The notes under the pieces are model-generated. The model searched no databases and was not told the DNA's origin. It worked only from the letters and a program-made list of their open reading frames with translations. From Bdellovibrionota bacterium (lineage in GTDB: Bacteria; Bdellovibrionota; UBA1018; UBA923), in the NCBI GenBank assembly GCA_040754655.1, contig JBFMCE010000087.1, forward strand, positions 1-16,423: DNA of 16,423 bases, read 5' to 3'. Both the position numbers and the translations under genes were made by a program. This document shows positions 1 to 6,600 of this stretch, one piece after another (the stretch's first letter is position 1; the number at the start of each line of letters is the position of its first letter).

Positions 1-47
1 AAAACGGGTCTCTATTCATTCTAAGACTTCAAGAACGGAGGCTCTAA

Positions 48-767
48 ATGGGAGCGCAATGGAAACATGCGGGCCGGGTGCAGAATGCCGCCAAACGCGG
101 CGCTTTGTTTGGAAAGCTTGCGAAAGAGATCATTGTCGCCGCGAAAACTGGTGATCCTAACCCGGACAATAATCATCGGTTGAGAGCCGCCGTGGAAGCT
201 GCCCGTAAAGCTTCCGTTCCGCGAGACACTATTGAACGGGCGATCAAGAAAGGTGCGGGCCTTTTAGAACCCGTGAATTATGAGCTTGTGACCTACGAAG
301 GTTTTGCTCCTCACAAAGTGCCGGTCATTGTTGAATGTTTGACCGAGAACAAGAACAGGACTGCTTCCGAAGTGCGTATGTTGTTCCGCAAGGGCATGCT
401 GGGTTCGATCGGGAGTGTCGCCTGGATGTTTGACCGCCTGGGGGTAGTGGAAGCCACTCATCCCGACAAGACCCTAGATATTGAAGGCGCTGCAATTGAA
501 GCTGGTGCGCAGAACGTCGAACCTTTGGAAAAGGAAGATATTCCCGAGGGTCAAATTGGAGCTCGTTTCCTGTGCAATCCGACGGATCTCGATGTTGTGA
601 GCAAATTCTTGGTATCATCTCAGTGGACGGTGACGACCTCTGAACTCAGTTATGTCGCAAAAAACAATGCCGAGTTGTCGGAAGAGCAGAAAAAAGAGGT
701 CTCTGAATTCTTGGGTGCCATCGATGACAATGATGATGTGCACCGAATTTACGCCGCGCTGAAATGA
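48..767 (+). CDS. yebC: YebC/PmpR/TACO1 family protein
   Basis: 239 aa. Family motifs GDPNPDNNHRLRAAV, IERAIKKG, YEGFAPHKVPVIVECLTENKNRTASEVR, GSVAWMF and C-terminal DDNDDVHRIY. SD GGAGG at 37-41. Confidence 0.95.
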   Translation: MGAQWKHAGRVQNAAKRGALFGKLAKEIIVAAKTGDPNPDNNHRLRAAVEAARKASVPRDTIERAIKKGAGLLEPVNYELVTYEGFAPHKVPVIVECLTENKNRTASEVRMLFRKGMLGSIGSVAWMFDRLGVVEATHPDKTLDIEGAAIEAGAQNVEPLEKEDIPEGQIGARFLCNPTDLDVVSKFLVSSQWTVTTSELSYVAKNNAELSEEQKKEVSEFLGAIDDNDDVHRIYAALK

Positions 768-789
768 TCAGCGGGCCGACACTCATTCT

Positions 790-1695
790 TCAAGTAAAAT
801 ACCTGGAAAGTTTCTTTAGGCCAAAGTCTATGAATGCCCTTACCTTGGGGCTGGTTTCTCTTTGACCTGGCCATACGAAGTGAATCGGATCTGGCAGTGT
901 TTCATAGGGCTTCAGTACCCGCTTCAACGTACCTTCTTGCAAAGCCTCAATGCATAAAAACTCGGGAATGAGGGCGACTCCTTGGTCCGCCAGTGCGAGA
1001 TCCAAGAGTATTTTTGGATTATTGGCTCGGCAATGCGCTTGAAACCTGACTTTCTCTTCTTTTCTTCCATTCGTCGTCAACAGCCAGTGAGTACCGTGGC
1101 TATCAGGGATGAATACGAGCGCAGGATGGTGCGCTAAGTCTGAAAGAGAGCTGATTTTCGGCGCACTTTTCAGGTAACCGGGGCTTGCAATCAGTATGGA
1201 GGCAGTATGGCCGATTGTTCTCGCCTTGAAGCCCGTATCTTCAAGCTCTCCAATTCGTATGGTGAGGTCAATAGCCTCTTTTACGAGATCAATGATGTCG
1301 TTTGAAAGGTAGACTTCAGTCGAAACTTTCGGATGCAATGCCTTGAAATCAGCGATGAGAGGCCCTAACAGAAGCGACCCCATATCTTCAGCCGCAGAAA
1401 TCCTTAAAATTCCAGACACTTCATTTGAGCCTTCTTTAAGGGAAGCAGCGGCAGCTTCGAGTTCATACACTTGTAGCCGACACGCCTGATAAAGTGCGCG
1501 GCCCGCCTCTGTGGGGTTGAACTGACGAGTTGTGCGATAGAGGAGGGGTTGCCCTAGTTCTTTTTCGAGGGCCGCGATGTTTCTGCTTACGCGAGATTTG
1601 GGTTGGCGTAAAAACTTGGCGGCCTTTGTAATGCTGCCGTGATCGACGACTCTTACGAAGATGGCAAGTTTGTTAAAATCGACAGCATTGCTCAT
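790..1695 (-). CDS. LysR-family transcriptional regulator (CrgA/DmlR-like)
   Basis: 301 aa. N-terminal LysR HTH (FVRVVDHGSITKAA...SRVSRNIAALEKELGQPLLYRTTRQFNPTEAG), effector domain (DLVKEAIDLTIRIG) and C-terminal PKVRAFIDF. Divergent from yceI. Confidence 0.95.
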   Translation of the reverse strand: MSNAVDFNKLAIFVRVVDHGSITKAAKFLRQPKSRVSRNIAALEKELGQPLLYRTTRQFNPTEAGRALYQACRLQVYELEAAAASLKEGSNEVSGILRISAAEDMGSLLLGPLIADFKALHPKVSTEVYLSNDIIDLVKEAIDLTIRIGELEDTGFKARTIGHTASILIASPGYLKSAPKISSLSDLAHHPALVFIPDSHGTHWLLTTNGRKEEKVRFQAHCRANNPKILLDLALADQGVALIPEFLCIEALQEGTLKRVLKPYETLPDPIHFVWPGQRETSPKVRAFIDFGLKKLSRYFT

Positions 1696-1746
1696 TGTTC
1701 TGTTTTTAGAACATTAAGTCTTGATTGTGTCTACTATCGAAACAAT
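1696..1746. promoter_or_regulatory. Putative LysR binding sites in the divergent promoter
   Basis: Inverted repeat TGTTCT-N6-AGAACA (1696-1713), which contains a T-N11-A, and a second dyad ATTGT...ACAAT (1724-1746). Both lie directly upstream of the LysR start, the usual arrangement for LysR autoregulation. Confidence 0.55.
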
Positions 1747-1815
1747 TAGCGTTGTCAGATACTTTCGTTACAGGCAGCCAGAAATAACCTGGCGCAAACA
1801 TCGAAAGGATTGATC

Positions 1816-2421
1816 ATGAAACTTTTATTGACCGTAATCACAACGCTCGTTTCGATTTCAGCTTTTTCGGGAACGAGCTATACACCGGGCAGTTATCAGA
1901 TCGACCCCATGCATTCAAAGGTGGGATTTGAAGTTCCTCATTTGGTGATTTCAAGTGTGGAGGGGCGATTTAACGATTATCAAGGCGAGATAATGTTGGC
2001 AGACAAGATCGAGGAGTCAAAAGTAGAGGTGACGATAAATGCGAATTCAATCGATACTGGAATCAAGAAAAGAGACGATCATCTCAGGAGCGCTGATTTT
2101 TTTGAAACCTCAAAGTATCCAAAAATAACTTTTAAAAGCAAACGCGTTGCCGGTGCTGCAGAGAACCTCAAAATCACGGGCGACCTGACGATAAAGGGGG
2201 TCACGAAAGAAGTCATGCTCGATGGCAAGTATCTGGGACTGGCTAAAGATGGGTATGGCAACCTCAAAGCCGCCTTTCAGGCTGAGACGGAAATCAGTCG
2301 GAAAGATTATGGCCTGACGTGGAACAATGCCGTTGAGGCGGGCCCGGTAGTAGGCGACGAAATTAAAATTTCACTCAAGGTGCAAGGCGCTAAACCAGAG
2401 AAAAAACAGGCAGCCAGGTAA
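1816..2421 (+). CDS. yceI: YceI-family exported lipid/polyisoprenoid-binding protein
   Basis: Signal peptide MKLLLTVITTLVSISAFS. Motifs YQIDPMHSKVGF, SIDTGIKKRDDHLRSADFF, GDLTIKGVTKEV and ISRKDYGLTWN. ATG at 1816 with SD AAAGGA at 1804-1809 is preferred over TTG 1810. Confidence 0.93.
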   Translation: MKLLLTVITTLVSISAFSGTSYTPGSYQIDPMHSKVGFEVPHLVISSVEGRFNDYQGEIMLADKIEESKVEVTINANSIDTGIKKRDDHLRSADFFETSKYPKITFKSKRVAGAAENLKITGDLTIKGVTKEVMLDGKYLGLAKDGYGNLKAAFQAETEISRKDYGLTWNNAVEAGPVVGDEIKISLKVQGAKPEKKQAAR

Positions 2422-2427
2422 TCTAGA

Positions 2428-3234
2428 ATGAGCACACTACAACCTACTTCCTCAAAACGCATGCCAGTGGTTTTTGTGGGGCACGGAAGCCCCATGAACG
2501 CGATTGAGCAAAATTCGTTTACAGAGACGTTATCGCGGCTTGGAAAGGAAATCCCGAGACCAAAGGCTATTTTGTGCGTGTCGGCGCACTGGATGAGCGA
2601 GGGCAGTTGGGTCACGGAGATGGCACGACCCAAGACGATCCACGATTTTTATGGGTTTCCAAAAGAACTGTTTGACGTTCAATATCCGGCTCAAGGCAGC
2701 CCTGAGCTAGCCAAGCTGATCCAAGACGCTATCAAAGATCCAAAGATTAACCTCGATCACAAGATGTGGGGACTAGATCACGGTACTTGGTCGGTACTCA
2801 AACACATGTATCCCAATGCTGATGTACCTGTGCTGCAACTGAGTTTGTATATGGAGCAGCCTGCGGAATACCATTACAAGTTAGGACAAGAGCTGAAGCA
2901 TTTAAGGGATCAGGGTGTCCTCATTATCGGCAGCGGCAATATCGTGCACAACTTAAGGCGCATCCGTTGGGAAGAAGGCGCGGAACCCTTTGAATGGGCC
3001 TCCGAATTTGACGAGTGGGTCAAAGGTCGTATTGCCATGCGCGACTACCGGTCGTTGATTTATGAAGCCACAGAGTCTGTCGCAGGAAAACTGAGCATTC
3101 CCACGGCTGAGCACTGGTACCCTTTGTTTTATGTTTTGGGTGCCTCAGACAGCCAAGACGTGTTGAGGTTTGAATACGAAGGTATTGAGATGGGGTCGAT
3201 CTCGATGCGGTCTCTGAGTTTGGGTTTGACCTGA
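2428..3234 (+). CDS. ygiD: 4,5-DOPA extradiol dioxygenase-like (LigB family) ring-cleavage dioxygenase
   Basis: Motifs MPVVFVGHGSPMNA, ILCVSAHW, TIHDFYGFP, WGLDHGTWSVL, IIGSGNIVHNL and PTAEHWYPL. Starts 6 nt after the yceI stop. Confidence 0.93.
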   Translation: MSTLQPTSSKRMPVVFVGHGSPMNAIEQNSFTETLSRLGKEIPRPKAILCVSAHWMSEGSWVTEMARPKTIHDFYGFPKELFDVQYPAQGSPELAKLIQDAIKDPKINLDHKMWGLDHGTWSVLKHMYPNADVPVLQLSLYMEQPAEYHYKLGQELKHLRDQGVLIIGSGNIVHNLRRIRWEEGAEPFEWASEFDEWVKGRIAMRDYRSLIYEATESVAGKLSIPTAEHWYPLFYVLGASDSQDVLRFEYEGIEMGSISMRSLSLGLT

Positions 3235-3456
3235 TTGAGCAGGAATGTGAATTTGGAACAAGGAGTCGCTGGAAGTCAGCAAATTGATTTCTCAAGACCT
3301 CACAGCCGTTCTTACCCGGAGAAATTTCGCAAGAAAGTGGCCAAAACAAGTCAACAATGGGTCGATTGGTCTAGATCTAAACCGAGAACTTTTGCAATCG
3401 ACGCGTCTTCGCGCCAGCCTTCGCTACTTCAGCGCTCGCTAAACAAAGCATGTCTG

Positions 3457-3465
3457 TGGTAGCGT
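3457..3465 (+). promoter_or_regulatory. Putative extended -10 promoter (TGnTAnnnT) for a leaderless uORF-secDF transcript
   Basis: TG-G-TAGCGT at 3457-3465, followed by exactly 6 nt and then GTG 3472. No SD precedes this GTG. Confidence 0.5.
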
Positions 3466-3471
3466 ATCGCT

Positions 3472-3837
3472 GTGCTGAAAACGAGAACCATTCAGAGTAA
3501 AGGCTCGGTGAAGCTTTGGCTCTGGCAGATCTTGATCGCTTTTTTTCTCTATCCTATATGGGCCCCTCCCCAAAGTATTCAGGGAGCGGAGCCAACGGAT
3601 TCTTCTTCGGATGCGCATTACAATCGGGGGGCCGACGGTTATTCTGCCGATGCTCCGAGGCCAGCCGCTCAGATCAAGAAGTATCCGCGCGCTTTTTTCG
3701 TGCTTACGAGCCTCGCATTGATTCCGTTGGCAAGCGGCGTCCAATGGGGTTCGGACGGTTTTGAAGGCATTGTTGGCGGAGACCAATATTTTCAACCCTC
3801 GTTTGCTCGAGGCCCGCCCCGAAGTATTTTCGTCTGA
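3472..3837 (+). CDS. Putative translation-arrest leader peptide (RGPP-type monitoring substrate) upstream of secDF
   Basis: 121 aa. Basic N-terminus, hydrophobic segment at aa 15-31 (LWLWQILIAFFLYPIWA), polar linker, second hydrophobic patch at aa 74-90, and R113-G-P-P116 five residues before the stop. It ends 83 nt upstream of the secD ATG. GTG 3508 is an alternative start. Confidence 0.75.
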   Translation: MLKTRTIQSKGSVKLWLWQILIAFFLYPIWAPPQSIQGAEPTDSSSDAHYNRGADGYSADAPRPAAQIKKYPRAFFVLTSLALIPLASGVQWGSDGFEGIVGGDQYFQPSFARGPPRSIFV

Positions 3838-3870
3838 CGGTCTAAAATAAATCGAATTTTATGAACAACC

Positions 3871-3895
3871 CGCGGGCCTACACCTTCGGCCCGCG
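3871..3895 (+). promoter_or_regulatory. GC-rich RNA hairpin in the secD leader
   Basis: CGCGGGCC (3871-3878) pairs with GGCCCGCG (3888-3895): perfect 8-bp stem, 9-nt loop, no U-tract. Ends 13 nt before the secD SD GAGGA (3909-3913). Confidence 0.65.
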
Positions 3896-3920
3896 TCGAA
3901 TCGCTTATGAGGAATTGAAT

Positions 3921-5636
3921 ATGCCACGTAGCTGGTGGGCGAAGCTTGCGCTTCTGATCACGTTTTTAATTACTGCTGTCTTTTATGTAATACCGACTAT
4001 CGCCAATCTTGATCCGGAGAAGACGAATTTTCCGGTGAAAAAGAAGGTGAATCTCGGCCTTGATCTTCAAGGCGGCCTTTATATGGTGCTTGGGGTCGAT
4101 TTCAATAAGGTTTTCCACGAAGTCATTGACCGTCAAGTTTCAGGTTTAAGAGAAAACTTGAAGTCAAAGAACATCACGGTTCAAAAAGGTGTTGAGGTAT
4201 CTCAGAGCACTCCTGATGATCCAAAGCTTCCGATTTCATTTGATCCGGCGCAGAGGGATGAGATCCACAAGATCTTAAAACGGGATTATTGGACGTTGCG
4301 AATCACGAATGAAAGCGCTGGCAAAATGGAACTTGGCCTTTCTCGCGAGTATCGCACCGAGATCCGCCAAGGCACGTTAAGCCAGAGCATTGAAGTCATT
4401 CGCAATCGGGTTGACGAGTTTGGCGTCGCGGAACCCATCATTACGAGTCAAGGTGAAGATCGGATTGTCGTAGAGCTTCCCGGAATCCGTGAAGTCGAAC
4501 GCGCAAAAGAGCTGATCGGAAGAACCGCAAAGCTTGAATTCAAACTAGTTGCCGATAAGCAGCTGGATCAAAATCAGCTTTTTGCGATGGTCGCCGAGCT
4601 TGAGAAAAGCAACAATGTGGCTTACCGCGAGGGTCAGAAGTTTTCGGAGTATGTTCAGAAAATAAATGAGCTCGCCAAAGGAAAGATCCCGCCAGGCACG
4701 ATTATCGCTTTTGAACGATCGAAGGCAGCTGAACAAACAGTTTCCGGGGGCATTCCCTACCTGCTGAATGCTTCGGCGGATATCACGGGTCATGATCTGC
4801 AAGACGCGACGGTGCAAATCGATCCAGAGAGCCAAAGGCCGGCGGTTGGGTTTGAGTTGACGCCGCAGGCGGCTGAAACATTCGCAAAACTCACGGGCGA
4901 GCATATCGGTGAGCGCCTCGCGATCGTGCTCGACAATATCGTTCATTCCGCTCCTGTGATTCAGGGGCAGATTCCCGGCGGAAGGGGCCAGATTTCCTTG
5001 GGTTCAGGAGGGAGGGAAGGCTTGCTTGAAGAAGCGAAAGACCTTGCGATCGTTCTCAGGGCCGGTGCGTTGCCCGCTCAACTAGAATTCCAACAAGAGC
5101 GCGAAATCGGACCTTCCTTGGGGGAAGACTCCATCCAGAAAGGAGCGAAAGCCGGCATTATCGGGTGTCTGTTGGTCTTTGCATTCATCGTTTTTTATTA
5201 TCGCGTGAGCGGTGCCGTGGCGGTATTTTCCCTTACCCTCAATGCGCTTTTCATCTTGGCGATCCTTATCGGCATCGATGCGACGTTGACGCTTCCGGGT
5301 ATCGCGGGCATCGCGCTTACGATCGGAATGGCGGTAGACAGCAACGTCATCATCTTTGAGCGCATCCGGGATGAGTTGATGGAAGGAAAACCCACTCCGA
5401 TAGCGGTGGAGTCGGGGTTCGCAAAGGCGTTTAGTTGTATTTTCGATGCGAATATCACCCACGGGATAGTCGCCGTGATCCTTTTGATGTACGGAACCGG
5501 TCCGATCAAAGGTTTCGCGATCACTCTTCTTATCGGGATAGCAACCACACTTTTCTGTGCTGTAACGGTCTGCAAGCTGATCTTTGATGGTTATCTGGGA
5601 CTCAGCAAACAACCTGTTAAAAGCCTCAGCATATAA
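3921..5636 (+). CDS. secD: Protein translocase subunit SecD
   Basis: Motifs NLGLDLQGG, IRNRVDEFGVAEPII, RIVVELPG, LRAGALPA, IGPSLG, TLTLPGIAGIALTIGMAVDSNVIIFERIRDE and IFDANIT. ATG 3921 with SD GAGGA 7 nt upstream is preferred over the track's 3861. Confidence 0.97.
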   Translation: MPRSWWAKLALLITFLITAVFYVIPTIANLDPEKTNFPVKKKVNLGLDLQGGLYMVLGVDFNKVFHEVIDRQVSGLRENLKSKNITVQKGVEVSQSTPDDPKLPISFDPAQRDEIHKILKRDYWTLRITNESAGKMELGLSREYRTEIRQGTLSQSIEVIRNRVDEFGVAEPIITSQGEDRIVVELPGIREVERAKELIGRTAKLEFKLVADKQLDQNQLFAMVAELEKSNNVAYREGQKFSEYVQKINELAKGKIPPGTIIAFERSKAAEQTVSGGIPYLLNASADITGHDLQDATVQIDPESQRPAVGFELTPQAAETFAKLTGEHIGERLAIVLDNIVHSAPVIQGQIPGGRGQISLGSGGREGLLEEAKDLAIVLRAGALPAQLEFQQEREIGPSLGEDSIQKGAKAGIIGCLLVFAFIVFYYRVSGAVAVFSLTLNALFILAILIGIDATLTLPGIAGIALTIGMAVDSNVIIFERIRDELMEGKPTPIAVESGFAKAFSCIFDANITHGIVAVILLMYGTGPIKGFAITLLIGIATTLFCAVTVCKLIFDGYLGLSKQPVKSLSI

Positions 5637-5647
5637 GGATTCTATTT

Positions 5648-6580
5648 ATGATTCAGCTTATTCGTCCGAATGGTAATTTTGATTTCTTGGGAAAAAGCAA
5701 ACCGTTTATCGTTGCATCGACTCTGGCGGCGATTTTGAGCACGATCGGCCTTTTTACGAAGGGCCTGAATTTCGGCATCGACTTCACCGGAGGCGCGGAA
5801 GTTCAACTCAAGGCGCCTCAGGGATGGAATATCGGCAAGGTACGTTCTGAACTCGAGTCGGGAGGATTGAAAGATCCCGTGGTCGTGCAGATCGGGGCCA
5901 CGACCGATCGTGAGTTTTTAATCAAGGTTCAATCGTCTCCTGAGAAGCTGGCTGCGGTAGGCAGCGATGTGAAAAGGATCATCGGCGAGAAAAGCGGGTC
6001 GAAAGACTTCGAAGTGGTCAGGGTTGACGTCGTAGGGCCTCAGGCGGGCGCGAATCTAAGATCAGCCGCGATTCTCTCGATTTTCTACGCGGCTCTGGCG
6101 ATTCTCATCTACATCACCTTTCGATTCGACGTGAGGTACGCTCCCGGGGTCGTTCGCGCCCTTGGAGTTGACGTTATCATTACGCTGGGAATCTGGGTTC
6201 TGCTTCAAAAAGAATTCAACCTTACCGTATTAGCGTCGCTGCTCACGATCGCGGGTTATTCGTGTAATGACACGATCGTCATTTATGACAGGATCCGCGA
6301 CTATACGAAGACGTATCCGTCATGGGGAATTGAGCAGGCGGTGAATCGTTCGATCAATCAGAACTTGGGTCGAACTCTGTTGACCACCATCTGTACATTA
6401 TTCGTGGTCGTGACTTTGTGGATCATGGGTGGACCGGTGCTGCAGGATTTTGCTTTGCCATTGCTGATCGGAATGGTCATCAGCGTTTTTTCAACCATCT
6501 TCGTGGCGAACCCGATGGTGGTTTACATGGAAAAACGGCGCTTGGCCCGGGCCAAGGCAACGCCTGCGCATGCTAAGTAG
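5648..6580 (+). CDS. secF: Protein translocase subunit SecF
   Basis: Motifs GLNFGIDFTGG, VVGPQAG, YITFRF, LLTIAGYSCNDTIVIYDRIR and SINQNLGRTLLT. Starts 11 nt after secD, with SD AAGGA. Confidence 0.96.
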   Translation: MIQLIRPNGNFDFLGKSKPFIVASTLAAILSTIGLFTKGLNFGIDFTGGAEVQLKAPQGWNIGKVRSELESGGLKDPVVVQIGATTDREFLIKVQSSPEKLAAVGSDVKRIIGEKSGSKDFEVVRVDVVGPQAGANLRSAAILSIFYAALAILIYITFRFDVRYAPGVVRALGVDVIITLGIWVLLQKEFNLTVLASLLTIAGYSCNDTIVIYDRIRDYTKTYPSWGIEQAVNRSINQNLGRTLLTTICTLFVVVTLWIMGGPVLQDFALPLLIGMVISVFSTIFVANPMVVYMEKRRLARAKATPAHAK

Positions 6581-6600
6581 AACAAAGACATGGCGGTAAG

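Noticed and set aside
3235..3462. 75-aa TTG ORF containing RSYPEKFRKKVA, faintly like an IS3 OrfA N-terminus
   Set aside because: No further transposase similarity, terminal inverted repeats or SD. It overlaps the probable promoter region and is likely a chance ORF.
3439..3795. Alternative ORFs over the uORF (3439-3795 minus, 3516-3764 plus)
   Set aside because: They have no recognisable features, whereas the 3472 frame has a promoter-aligned start, a signal-like segment and a terminal RGPP motif.
3871..3895. Hairpin interpreted as an intrinsic terminator
   Set aside because: No U-tract follows on the plus strand, so it is treated as a regulatory structure instead.
3861..3920. Longer SecD start at ATG 3861
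   Set aside because: No SD, and the extension runs through the GC hairpin. ATG 3921 has a well-spaced GAGGA and directly precedes TM1.
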